Origin: Candidatus Nealsonbacteria bacterium
Lineage (GTDB): Bacteria; Patescibacteriota; Minisyncoccia; Minisyncoccales; MHMH01
Direction: 5' to 3'
DNA: 64,000 nucleotides
Assembly: GCA_016188865.1 (NCBI GenBank)
Contig: JACPGX010000005.1
Span: 114,081 to 178,080 of the forward strand
Under the pieces are notes generated by a model, which saw only the letters and a list, made by a program, of their open reading frames with translations, had not been told where the DNA came from and ran no database searches. Of the stretch, positions 43,009 through 51,819 are shown piece by piece. Numbering within the stretch: position 1 is the stretch's first letter; every line of letters begins with the position of its first letter. A program made the position numbers and the translations under genes.

Positions 43009-44976
43009 ATGATATTTTCATATAATTGGCTGCAATCTTTTTTCACGAGAAAATTGCCCAAGCCGGAAAAATTGGCAGAGCTTTTGACTATGCATAGTTT
43101 TGAAGTAGGGGAAGTTAAAAAAGCCGGTAGCGATTGGACACTAGATATCGATGTCTTGCCAAACAGGGCGGGAGATTGTTTTTCGCATTTCGGAATAGCC
43201 AGAGAAATAGCCGCTATTATAAATTCGAAATTCGAAATTCGAAATTCGAAACAAATTATAAATTCTAAATTACAAACGAAAGATTTTGTTTCGGTGGACG
43301 TTAGGGCTAAACAGGCGTGTTTAAGATATACGGCCAAAGTGATTACAGACGTTAAGGTGGGGCCATCCCCAAAGTGGTTGAAAGATAAGCTGGAAGTTTG
43401 CGGCTTGAATTCCATTAATAATGTGGTAGATGCCGCCAATTACGTGATGCTAGAGACTGGTCAGCCAATGCATGCCTTTGATTTAGAGAAATTAGAAGAT
43501 CAAAAAATTATTGTTAGATTTGCCAAAGAAGACGAGAAAATTACGACTTTAGACAATCAGGTATTCAATCTAAACCCAGCAATACTGGTTATTGCCGATG
43601 TTAAAAAACCGGTAGCTATAGCCGGAATTAAGGGGGGCACATCTCCGGAGATCAGTGAAGCGACAAAAACCATAGTTTTGGAGTCGGCCAATTTCGATCC
43701 GACTATTACCCGTAGAGCATCAAAAGAGTTAAATCTTAAAACAGACGCATCCTTGAGATTTGAACACGGAATTGATCCCAATTTATCCGAAATAGCAATC
43801 GATAGGGCAGCCGAGATTATTTCACGAGTTGCTGGCGGTCAAATTGCTTCAGGATTAGTTGATTTTTATTCCAAGAAAGTTTTGCCCAAAAGAATTAAAT
43901 TGGATTTGGATTATTTAAAAAGCTTGTTAGGCATTGAAATTTCAGCTGCTGAAGTAAAAGTGATTTTAAACAGCTTAGGTTTTAAAATAATCGGAGTCCG
44001 ACTCCCATTATTGGTTGAAATTCCGACATTCAGGTTAGATATTTCTCTGCAGGAAGATTTGATTGAAGAAGTTGGCCGGATTTATGGTTATGATAAAATA
44101 CCGGTTGTTTTTCCTCTGGCTTCTTTGATCCCGCCCGTCAGAAACGATAATTTATTTTGGACCAGCATAGTAAAAGATATTTTTAGAGGAGTCGGTTTTA
44201 CAGAAATATATAACTATTCTTTTCAAAAAGAAGCAGGAGAAGTAGAAGTAGAAAATCCCCAAAGTTTGGAATATCGATATTTAAGGCCAAGTTTGATTCC
44301 TAATTTATTGAAAAACGTTGAAAAGAACAGCGTCAATTTTAAAAAGATAAAAATTTTTGAGTTGGGGAAGGTATTCGAAGATAAGACAGAGAAGAGAATG
44401 CTTACCGGGATGCTTGTTGGAGAAGATTTCTATCGGTTGAAAGGAGTGATAGATTCGCTTTTCAATAAATTGGGCATAGTTAAAGTTTGGTATGACGATT
44501 ATCAGGCTAGCCCGGAAGATAGTCCAAAATCTTTGTGGCATCATAAAAAATCCGCAGAAATTAAAGTTAGAGACATTGAGCTGGGTTTTTTGGGTGAACT
44601 AAAAGATAAGCCCAATATAGTGGCTTTCGATTTAGATTTTGATAAATTAACGGCTCTGGCTTCAGAAGAGCACGAATACAGGCAAATTTCTAAATACCCT
44701 GCGACAATAAGAGATTTAGCAGTTTTGGTGCCCGCATTAACCAGAGTGGAAGAAGTGCTGAATGTTATAGAAACGGCAGGCGGCAGTATTTTAAAAGATG
44801 TTGATTTATTTGATATTTATGAAGGAGAAGGCATTGGAGATGGGAAGAAAAATTTAGCTTTTCATTTTGTTTATCAGGCAGAGGACAGAACTTTAACCTC
44901 GATTGAAGTTTATAAAATTCATCAAAAAATAATTGAAGCTCTGGAGGAAAATCCAGAGTGGGAAGTGAGACGATAA
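43009..44976 (+). CDS. pheT: Phenylalanine--tRNA ligase beta subunit (short form)
   Basis: It has B3/B4 and B5 domains and a C-terminal anticodon-binding domain. It follows pheS. It contains an in-frame heptamer microsatellite at 43221-43252. Confidence 0.85.
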   Translation: MIFSYNWLQSFFTRKLPKPEKLAELLTMHSFEVGEVKKAGSDWTLDIDVLPNRAGDCFSHFGIAREIAAIINSKFEIRNSKQIINSKLQTKDFVSVDVRAKQACLRYTAKVITDVKVGPSPKWLKDKLEVCGLNSINNVVDAANYVMLETGQPMHAFDLEKLEDQKIIVRFAKEDEKITTLDNQVFNLNPAILVIADVKKPVAIAGIKGGTSPEISEATKTIVLESANFDPTITRRASKELNLKTDASLRFEHGIDPNLSEIAIDRAAEIISRVAGGQIASGLVDFYSKKVLPKRIKLDLDYLKSLLGIEISAAEVKVILNSLGFKIIGVRLPLLVEIPTFRLDISLQEDLIEEVGRIYGYDKIPVVFPLASLIPPVRNDNLFWTSIVKDIFRGVGFTEIYNYSFQKEAGEVEVENPQSLEYRYLRPSLIPNLLKNVEKNSVNFKKIKIFELGKVFEDKTEKRMLTGMLVGEDFYRLKGVIDSLFNKLGIVKVWYDDYQASPEDSPKSLWHHKKSAEIKVRDIELGFLGELKDKPNIVAFDLDFDKLTALASEEHEYRQISKYPATIRDLAVLVPALTRVEEVLNVIETAGGSILKDVDLFDIYEGEGIGDGKKNLAFHFVYQAEDRTLTSIEVYKIHQKIIEALEENPEWEVRR

Positions 44977-44977
44977 T

Positions 44978-46915
44978 ATGACGAAAAAAACACCAAAAAA
45001 AGAATCAAATTATACGGCAAAAGATATTTATGTTTTAGAGGGGCTGGAGCCTGTTAGGAAAAGGCCCGGAATGTATATTGGGTCTACCGGTCCCGACGGG
45101 CTTCACCATTTAATTTGGGAAGTAGCCGATAACTCTTTAGATGAAGCTATGGGCGGTTATGCTAAGAATATTACGGTTATTCTTCTTCCTCAAAGCAGAA
45201 TAGAAATAACTGACGATGGTCGGGGAATTCCCGTGGAAAAGCATCCGCAAACCAAAAAATCAACTTTGGAAACAGTCATGACCACATTGCATGCGGGCGG
45301 TAAATTCGGAGGCGAGGCTTACAAGGTTTCTGGCGGACTGCACGGCGTGGGGGTTTCTGTTGTCTGCGCTCTTTCCAAGTGGATGAAAGCTGAAGTTTGC
45401 CGCGATGGCTCAAAATATGCTCAAGAGTATGTCAGGGGCAAGCCTCAGGGAGCAGTTAAGAAAATAGGCCCATGCCGGCAGACGGGGACCACCGTATCTT
45501 TTGAGCCTGATCCGGAAATTTTTAAAGAAATTAAGTTTGATATCAAAAAGATTTTGAACCATTTGCGCCAGCAGGCTTATCTAACTCAAGGCGTAAGGAT
45601 TAACGTTATAGACAGAACTTTAACGGGCCAGATTTTTAATTATACTTTTTATTTTGAAGGCGGGGTAAAATCTTACGTGAAATATTTAGTAAGAGGCCAG
45701 GAGTTAAGCCATCAGACTATTTTTTATGCCGTAGGCGAAAAAGACGGAATCGCAGTAGATACGGCCTTTCAATATACTAATGAGATAGAAGGTTATGAAG
45801 AAGGCTTTGCCAATAATATTCATACAGGAGAAGGCGGAACGCATATTACCGGCTTTAGGGCCGGCTTGACTAGGTCGCTTAATGACTATGCCAAGAAAAA
45901 TAATTACCTTAAAGGAGAAGGCGAGAATAGTTTAGCAGGCGAGGATGTGAGAGAGGGTTTGACAGCTGTTGTGTCGGTTAAAATAAGGGAGCCGCAATTT
46001 GAGGGACAGACTAAAGCAAAATTAGGCAATCCTGAAGCTAAAGTAGCTGTGGAGACAGTAGTTTCCGACGGTTTGGCTGATTTTTTGGAAAGAAATCCAT
46101 CGGATGCCAGGGCCATAATTGAAAAATGCCTTTTAGTAGCAAAAGCCAGAAAAGCTGCCAAGGCTGCCCGCCAGACTGTTTTGAGAAAAGGAGCCTTGGA
46201 TGGGTTAGCTTTGCCGGGAAAACTAGCTGACTGCAGTTCCAGGAATCCGGAAGAATCAGAATTGTATATCGTCGAAGGCGAGAGCGCCGGCGGAAGTTCT
46301 AGGCAGGCGAGAGATCGCCATTTTCAGGCGATACTGCCCTTGAGAGGTAAAATTCTGAACGTTGAAAAAGCCAGACTGGATAAAATGCTGGACTCCAAAG
46401 AAATTAAATCTCTCATTATCGCTTTGGGCACCGCTATTGCCGATGACTTCGATTTAACTAAATTGAGATACCACAGAATTATTATTATGACCGATGCCGA
46501 CGTTGACGGCTCGCATATCAGAACTTTGCTTTTGACTCTTTTTTACCGGCATTTTAAACAAATGGTTGAGCAAGGCCATATTTATATCGCTCAGCCGCCG
46601 CTTTACAGGATTCAGGCCGGGAAAAGAATTGACTATGCTTATACTGACGCTGACAAGGAAGGGGTTCTAAAAAGCATGGCGAAAGAAGTAAAAATAGCTC
46701 CCTCGATTCAGCGATATAAAGGCTTGGGAGAAATGAATCCGGATCAGTTGTGGGAAACAACTATGAACCCTCAAAATAGAGTACTCTTGCAGGTTACCGT
46801 TGAGGATGCTAAGGAAGCTGACAGGATTTTTGATATTTTAATGGGCGATGAAGTATTGCCGCGCAAAAAATTTATTCAAGCTCATGCCAAAAGCGTGAAG
46901 AATCTTGACATTTAA
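44978..46915 (+). CDS. gyrB: DNA gyrase subunit B (short form without the large insertion)
   Basis: GHKL ATPase N-terminus, Toprim EGESAGGS, and PLRGKILNVEKA. Confidence 0.9.
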   Translation: MTKKTPKKESNYTAKDIYVLEGLEPVRKRPGMYIGSTGPDGLHHLIWEVADNSLDEAMGGYAKNITVILLPQSRIEITDDGRGIPVEKHPQTKKSTLETVMTTLHAGGKFGGEAYKVSGGLHGVGVSVVCALSKWMKAEVCRDGSKYAQEYVRGKPQGAVKKIGPCRQTGTTVSFEPDPEIFKEIKFDIKKILNHLRQQAYLTQGVRINVIDRTLTGQIFNYTFYFEGGVKSYVKYLVRGQELSHQTIFYAVGEKDGIAVDTAFQYTNEIEGYEEGFANNIHTGEGGTHITGFRAGLTRSLNDYAKKNNYLKGEGENSLAGEDVREGLTAVVSVKIREPQFEGQTKAKLGNPEAKVAVETVVSDGLADFLERNPSDARAIIEKCLLVAKARKAAKAARQTVLRKGALDGLALPGKLADCSSRNPEESELYIVEGESAGGSSRQARDRHFQAILPLRGKILNVEKARLDKMLDSKEIKSLIIALGTAIADDFDLTKLRYHRIIIMTDADVDGSHIRTLLLTLFYRHFKQMVEQGHIYIAQPPLYRIQAGKRIDYAYTDADKEGVLKSMAKEVKIAPSIQRYKGLGEMNPDQLWETTMNPQNRVLLQVTVEDAKEADRIFDILMGDEVLPRKKFIQAHAKSVKNLDI

Positions 46916-46918
46916 ATC

Positions 46919-47332
46919 TTGATATTTAATATGTCAGAAAATTTCGATAAAAAGGGAACAATTAAAGCAATGGGGATTGCTTTAATTGTAGCTATTTTGG
47001 GAATAGTGGTTTTGGGCTGGCAGTATAATCGGTTAGAAAAACAGCAACTGCCGGCCCTAGAAGAAAAAATAGAGCAGAATTCTGCCCGGGATGTTTTAAG
47101 AAGGTATTTAGAAACGAGAGCAGATATTCTTTTGACGGAAAGGGCGATGGAGCAAAAAGTTAGGGGAGAGTTTGTTTTGGAGGATATTAAATCTTACGAA
47201 ATTTTAAAAGTTGAAAAGGTAGCCGATGAGCAATATAAATTTCACGTTAAAGTCGGAGATTTTACTGAGATAATTACTCTGATTAAGGTTCTGAGCAGTT
47301 ATTATATAGACGCCATTGACACAGCTGGTTAA
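46919..47332 (+). CDS. Hypothetical membrane-anchored protein
   Basis: One TM helix. No recognisable domain. Confidence 0.4.
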   Translation: MIFNMSENFDKKGTIKAMGIALIVAILGIVVLGWQYNRLEKQQLPALEEKIEQNSARDVLRRYLETRADILLTERAMEQKVRGEFVLEDIKSYEILKVEKVADEQYKFHVKVGDFTEIITLIKVLSSYYIDAIDTAG

Positions 47333-47379
47333 TTTTGCTAATATCAAAATTGAGCCCGCAAGGGCTTTTTAAAAACCTT

Positions 47380-47565
47380 ATGTTATTAAAAATCGCCGCT
47401 TTTCTTAAAGAAGTAAATATGGAAATAAAAAAAGTAAACTGGCCCACAAAACACCAGCTTTTAAGATACACCATGATTGTCCTTGGTATTTCTGGAGCCG
47501 TAGCGTTATTTTTAGGCAGTTTAGACTTCCTTTTTACCACTATATTGAATAAATTCGTACTCTAA
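47380..47565 (+). CDS. secE: Protein translocase subunit SecE
   Basis: KEVNMEIKKVNWPTKHQLLRYTMIVLGISGAVALFLG, conserved position upstream of nusG. The start is chosen at the internal ATG. Confidence 0.6.
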   Translation: MLLKIAAFLKEVNMEIKKVNWPTKHQLLRYTMIVLGISGAVALFLGSLDFLFTTILNKFVL

Positions 47566-47566
47566 T

Positions 47567-48112
47567 ATGCCAAAACAGCAGGTAGAACAAGCGAAAAATT
47601 GGTATGTTATACATACTTACTCGGGATATGAAGATGCAGTAGCCGCAGCCCTTAAGCAGCGGGTTGAGTCTTTGGGCATGGAAGACAGAATTTTTAATGT
47701 AATAGTGCCCAAAGAAAAAAAGATAAAAATTAAAGAAGGCAAGAGAAGAGTAGTTGAAGAAAAAATTTATCCGGGGTATGTTTTAGTTGAGATGGTAGTT
47801 ACCGACGACAGCTGGTATGTGGTGAGAAATACGCCCAATGTTACGGGTTTTGTCGGGGCTGGCACCACTCCTGTGCCAGTTTCTCAACAGGAAATGGATA
47901 CTTTAAAGAAGAAAATGGGGGTTGATGTTCCGCAGTATAAAATCGATGTCCAAATTGGCGAGGCTGTTAAAATTACCGATGGCCCATTTAAGGATTTTGA
48001 CGGCAAGGTTTCAGAGATTGATGAGCAAAGAGGCAAAGTTAAAGTGTTGGTCAACATGTTCGGTAGAGATACGCCCGTCGAATTAGATTCATTACAAATC
48101 AAAAAGATTTAA
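47567..48112 (+). CDS. nusG: Transcription termination/antitermination factor NusG
   Basis: An NGN domain ([11 protein letters not shown]) and a KOW motif ([15 protein letters not shown]). Confidence 0.9.
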   Translation: MPKQQVEQAKNWYVIHTYSGYEDAVAAALKQRVESLGMEDRIFNVIVPKEKKIKIKEGKRRVVEEKIYPGYVLVEMVVTDDSWYVVRNTPNVTGFVGAGTTPVPVSQQEMDTLKKKMGVDVPQYKIDVQIGEAVKITDGPFKDFDGKVSEIDEQRGKVKVLVNMFGRDTPVELDSLQIKKI

Positions 48113-48114
48113 TT

Positions 48115-48540
48115 ATGGCAAAGAAAATTAAAGCTATTGTAAAACTTCAGATTCAAGCAGGAGCAGCTACCCCGGCGCCGCCGGTGGGGCCGGCTTTGGC
48201 TCAGCACGGTTTGAACATTATGGAGTTTTGCCAAAAATTCAATGAAGCCACTAAAGCTAACGCCGGTTTTAAAATTCCTGTGGAAATTACGATTTTTGAG
48301 GACAGAACTTATACTTTCAAACTAAAACAGCCGCCTGCCTCCGAGCTTTTAAAGAAAATAGCTGGCATTGAAAAAGGCTCCGGTGTGCCAAACAAAACAA
48401 AGGTTGCTAAAATTACTAGAGATCAGCTTAAAAAGGTGGCCGAACAGAAAATGCAGGATTTGAATGCCAATGATATTGAAGCAGCTATGAGAATTATTGA
48501 GGGTACAGCCCGCAACATGGGGATTGAAATAACCGGTTAA
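48115..48540 (+). CDS. rplK: 50S ribosomal protein L11
   Basis: [43 protein letters not shown] is typical of uL11. Confidence 0.9.
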   Translation: MAKKIKAIVKLQIQAGAATPAPPVGPALAQHGLNIMEFCQKFNEATKANAGFKIPVEITIFEDRTYTFKLKQPPASELLKKIAGIEKGSGVPNKTKVAKITRDQLKKVAEQKMQDLNANDIEAAMRIIEGTARNMGIEITG

Positions 48541-48547
48541 ATATTTG

Positions 48548-48621
48548 GGATGTCCGAAACCGCGCGTCAACACCCGGTGTTGACGAAGAAACACCGGGTG
48601 TTTAATCGGTTTCGGACATCC
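48548..48621. promoter_or_regulatory. Composite palindromic element: an outer 15-bp perfect inverted repeat (GGATGTCCGAAACCG / CGGTTTCGGACATCC) enclosing two tandem palindromes (GTCAACACCCGGTGTTGAC and AAACACCGGGTGTTT) whose centres are 21 bp apart
   Basis: Read directly from the sequence between rplK and the dCMP deaminase start. There is no downstream T-run. The ORF-track N-terminal extension at 48550 lies within this structure and is rejected. Confidence 0.6.
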
Positions 48622-48633
48622 AGACATAAAAAC

Positions 48634-49185
48634 ATGGAATCAACAAATTCTCAAAATCAGAGGCCTTCATGGGATGAGTTTTGGTTCACTTTGGCGCTTT
48701 TTTATTCTACTCGTGGAACTTGCGACAGGTTGAAAGCAGCCTGTCTTTTAATTGATAAAAATAATAGGCTGGTTGGAGCCGGTTATAACGGTTCTCTGCC
48801 CGGGCATCCGCATTGCGACGAGGCAGGGCATTTGATGGTTGACGGCCATTGTTTGAGGACTTTGCATGCTGAAGTTAATGCCATTATGCACAGCGTGGGA
48901 GATTTGGAGGGAGCTACTGCTTATGTTTTGGGGACTCCCTGCATTGACTGCGTCAAAAAACTTCTTGCTAAAAAAGTGAAAAAGATTTTTTTTACCAGGG
49001 ATTACGATAATCAGGCCCGCGGGGGAGAATATATTTTTGATTTAGCCAAAACATCGGGAGCGGAAATGAGGAGAGTTGATGTGGATTTTACGGAAGTTTT
49101 AAGTAAGGAAATGACAATTCTTACCGGAACAGGTGGCGCTTTCTTCGGCCAAAATTATGGGTTTACGAAACCCACTCAAATTTGA
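48634..49185 (+). CDS. dCMP deaminase (ComEB-type CMP/dCMP deaminase, zinc-binding)
   Basis: HAEVNAI and PCIDCVKKL zinc-ligand motifs. Confidence 0.8.
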   Translation: MESTNSQNQRPSWDEFWFTLALFYSTRGTCDRLKAACLLIDKNNRLVGAGYNGSLPGHPHCDEAGHLMVDGHCLRTLHAEVNAIMHSVGDLEGATAYVLGTPCIDCVKKLLAKKVKKIFFTRDYDNQARGGEYIFDLAKTSGAEMRRVDVDFTEVLSKEMTILTGTGGAFFGQNYGFTKPTQI

Positions 49186-49210
49186 GAGGGTTTCGTAAAC
49201 CCCAAATATA

Positions 49211-49633
49211 ATGGAAATACGAATTCAAAAAATAGATCCCTCGGCTAAGGTTCCCGTTTTCGCTTACGAGGGCGACGCTGGAATGGATATTTTTTCCTGC
49301 GAAGATTGCAAAATAGAGCCCTTTGAAAAGAAGGCCATAAGCACTGGTTTGAAAATAGCGGTGCCTGCTGGTTTTGCCGGTTTTATTTGGGACAAATCCG
49401 GTTTAGCTCTTAATAATTCATTAAAAACTATGGCCGGAGTTTTAGATTCAGGCTATAGGGGAGAGTTGAAAATAATTTTAATGAATTTAGGCAAAGAGCC
49501 TTACGAGGTTAAAAAAGGCCAGAAAGTTGCCCAGCTTATAATCAAAAAAATAGAAAAACCGGAAATTATTGAAGATGTTTTGGATGATACCGAGCGCGGC
49601 GAAAGGGGGTTTGGCAGTTCGGGGCTAACTTAA
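49211..49633 (+). CDS. dut: dUTP diphosphatase
   Basis: dUTPase motifs AGMDI, GVLDSGYRGE and RGERGFGSSG. Confidence 0.9.
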   Translation: MEIRIQKIDPSAKVPVFAYEGDAGMDIFSCEDCKIEPFEKKAISTGLKIAVPAGFAGFIWDKSGLALNNSLKTMAGVLDSGYRGELKIILMNLGKEPYEVKKGQKVAQLIIKKIEKPEIIEDVLDDTERGERGFGSSGLT

Positions 49634-49638
49634 ATTTT

Positions 49639-50256
49639 ATGGAAAAAAATCCATATCTTGGCAAATTTATCGTTTTTGAGGGGTTGGATGGCTCCGGGCA
49701 ATCAACTCAGGCAGCTCTTTTAAAAGATTTTTTGGTTCAGAGTGGCCATGGTGTTATTTTAACAAAAGAGCCGACTATGGATTCCGGAGCCGGCAGGCAA
49801 ATCCGCCAAGTTTTGAACAAAAATACAGGGGTGCAACCCCTGTATCTGCAGGAGTTGTTTGCCGAGGATAGAAGAGAGCATTTGGCTAATGTCATCGCTC
49901 CAGCTTTAAAAGACGGAAAAATAGCGATATCTGATCGGTATTTTTTTTCCTCCTTTGCTTATGGAGCAGCTTCGGGAGTAGACTTAGAAGAGCTTATTAA
50001 ATTAAACCAAGGTTTTTTGACACCCGATTTAACTATAATTTTAAAAGTAAGGCCGGAAGTTTGTATGGAAAGAATAGGGAAAAGAGGAGAACCGCAAACT
50101 CTTTTTGAGGAAGCAGAAAGACTTGGGATGGTATGGCAGACCTATCAGGCATTGCCGGAACGTTTCGAAAATGTTTATATTATAAATGGTGAAAGGCAAA
50201 TTAAAGAAGTTTTTTCAGAAGTCAAAGAAATAGTACGTTCAAAATTGAATTTATAA
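49639..50256 (+). CDS. tmk: Thymidylate kinase
   Basis: P-loop FEGLDGSGQST, the DRY-like DRYFFSS motif and a lid region. Confidence 0.9.
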   Translation: MEKNPYLGKFIVFEGLDGSGQSTQAALLKDFLVQSGHGVILTKEPTMDSGAGRQIRQVLNKNTGVQPLYLQELFAEDRREHLANVIAPALKDGKIAISDRYFFSSFAYGAASGVDLEELIKLNQGFLTPDLTIILKVRPEVCMERIGKRGEPQTLFEEAERLGMVWQTYQALPERFENVYIINGERQIKEVFSEVKEIVRSKLNL

Positions 50257-50266
50257 GGAGGTTAAA

Positions 50267-50935
50267 TTGGTGAAAAAATTTTTGGATGTAGTTTCTCTTG
50301 AAGCGAGGGATTTACCCGAAGCTTGGCGGTCTTGCGTGAGAGAGCTTTTCGATAAGGGCCATAAATATAAGATTGACAGGGGCAGCTTTGCCGGACAGCA
50401 TAGACTGGAATTTGATTTTATCACCGTCAGAGTCAAGTATCCCGGTACCAGACCCATAGTTCCGGTGCTTGATGTGCCTCAAGGCGTGCCGCCGCCTTCA
50501 ACGATGGATTATGTTGAATCTTACCTGCCTTATTTAATGACTTCTGAAAGAAAAGAAGGCGAGCAATATACTTACGGCCAATATCTTGAACCGCAGATTG
50601 CCAAAGCGATCAAAATGTACAAAGAAGACGGACACGGCACCAATCAGGCGTACATGGCCGTGGGCGATAAAAACTCCATTGATCTTTCCGATCCTCCTTG
50701 TTTGAGAGGCATTGATACCAGAATAAGGTACGGAAAACTCCACTTTATGGTCTATTTTCGCTCTTGGGACCTTTGGGCCGGCTTTCCTTCTAATTTGGCG
50801 GCTATACAGCTTTTGAAAGAATATATGGGCTCCGAAATCGGCGTGGAGGACGGAGAACTGATAGCTTGCAGCAAGGGCCTGCACCTTTACGAATATATTT
50901 GGGATATGGCCAAAGTGATGTGCGGAATAAAATAG
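50267..50935 (+). CDS. Thymidylate synthase ThyA-family protein, short divergent (archaeal-like) form
   Basis: PPC (nucleophile Cys), LHFMVYFRSWDLWAGFPSN (aligns with LSCQLYQRSADVFLGLPFN, including the uracil-specifying Asn) and GELIACSKGLHLY. Only 222 aa. Confidence 0.6.
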   Translation: MVKKFLDVVSLEARDLPEAWRSCVRELFDKGHKYKIDRGSFAGQHRLEFDFITVRVKYPGTRPIVPVLDVPQGVPPPSTMDYVESYLPYLMTSERKEGEQYTYGQYLEPQIAKAIKMYKEDGHGTNQAYMAVGDKNSIDLSDPPCLRGIDTRIRYGKLHFMVYFRSWDLWAGFPSNLAAIQLLKEYMGSEIGVEDGELIACSKGLHLYEYIWDMAKVMCGIK

Positions 50936-50943
50936 AATAATAA

Positions 50944-50974
50944 AGCTCTCGACTTTCGAGGGCTTTTCATTTTG
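50944..50974 (+). terminator. Rho-independent terminator (AGCTCTCGA-CTT-TCGAGGGCT + TTTCATTTT)
   Basis: A hairpin with one mismatch and a T-rich tail after the ThyA-like gene. Confidence 0.55.
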
Positions 50975-50999
50975 TATTTATTAATCCATATGTTATATT

Positions 51000-51028
51000 A
51001 AAGTAGCGGGAACATTTCCCGTTACTTT
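51000..51028. repeat. REP-like palindrome, family 3 (AAAGTAGCGGGAA-CAT-TTCCCGTTACTTT), at the 5' flank of RAYT-3
   Basis: 13-bp arms with one A-C mismatch. It is related to family 2 through the shared GTAACGGG...CCCGTTAC core. Confidence 0.85.
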
Positions 51029-51032
51029 AATT

Positions 51033-51743
51033 ATGCCGAGTAAAAAAAGGCCGCCATTAGTTAATAGCGAGATATATCATATAGTAATAAGGACAGTAGA
51101 GGATCTTAAACTTTTTCGTGATGACCACGATTTTTTAAGAATGATACATGATTTATTCGCTTTTAATGACACAGTGCCAGTTTCCTCATATTTTCGTAGG
51201 GATAAAGTAACGGGAACGTTTCCCGCTACTTTTATGAAGAGAAAAAGAGAAGTATTGGTTGAAATTTTAGCCTTTTGCTTGATGTCGAATCATGTTCATT
51301 TATTAGTACGTCAATTAAAAGACGATGGAATAAGTAATTTTATGAGAAAAATTGGAGCCGGTTACAGCGCTTATTATAATCAGAAATATAAGAGAGCTGG
51401 TCATGTTTTTCAGGGAAGATATAAAATAGTTCATATAACCAATGATAATCAGCTAAAAACTATTTTTGTATATATTCACACTAATCCAGTGGCAATTATT
51501 TATCCCCACTGGAAGGAGGAAGGGATCGGAATTAAATATTTAGGCAAAGTTATTCAATTTATAGAAGAATACCGTTGGTCAAGTTATTCAGATTATCTTG
51601 GAAATAAAAATTTTCCATCTCTGACTTTCAGAGAATGGTTGATGGGAGAGATTGGCGGGATCAACGAGTGCCGAAGATTTATTAATGATTGGCTGGAAAC
51701 AAAAAAAGATTTAGCTGATTTGGATAAAATTGCTATCAATTAA
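51033..51743 (+). CDS. REP-associated tyrosine transposase (RAYT), paralog 3
   Basis: HUH motif MSNHVHLLV, Tyr motif YIHTNP and the RWSSYSDYLG motif. It is closest to paralog 2. It contains an in-frame copy of its own REP palindrome at 51204-51232. Confidence 0.75.
   Translation: MPSKKRPPLVNSEIYHIVIRTVEDLKLFRDDHDFLRMIHDLFAFNDTVPVSSYFRRDKVTGTFPATFMKRKREVLVEILAFCLMSNHVHLLVRQLKDDGISNFMRKIGAGYSAYYNQKYKRAGHVFQGRYKIVHITNDNQLKTIFVYIHTNPVAIIYPHWKEEGIGIKYLGKVIQFIEEYRWSSYSDYLGNKNFPSLTFREWLMGEIGGINECRRFINDWLETKKDLADLDKIAIN
51204..51232. repeat. REP family 3 palindrome embedded in-frame within the RAYT-3 coding sequence (encodes KVTGTFPATF)
   Basis: AAAGTAACGGGAA-CGT-TTCCCGCTACTTT. It lies in the variable loop between the N-terminal strand and the HUH motif. 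Paralog 2 has no insertion at this position. Confidence 0.85.
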
Positions 51744-51747
51744 TTTT

Positions 51748-51776
51748 AAAGTAACGGGAAATGTTCCCGCTACTTT
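51748..51776. repeat. REP-like palindrome, family 3, at the 3' flank of RAYT-3 (inverted orientation)
   Basis: AAAGTAACGGGAA-ATG-TTCCCGCTACTTT, 5 nt after the stop. Confidence 0.85.
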
Positions 51777-51819
51777 GCAGTTTGAGTTGTTTGTGCTATT
51801 TTGGTTATAGAAGATTATT

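Noticed and set aside
48550-48633. N-terminal extension of the dCMP deaminase ORF (MSETARQHPVLTKKHRVFNRFRTSRHKN)
   Set aside because: It is encoded entirely by the nested perfect palindromes. The basic and repetitive translation is an artefact of palindromic DNA. The conserved deaminase sequence begins at ATG 48634.
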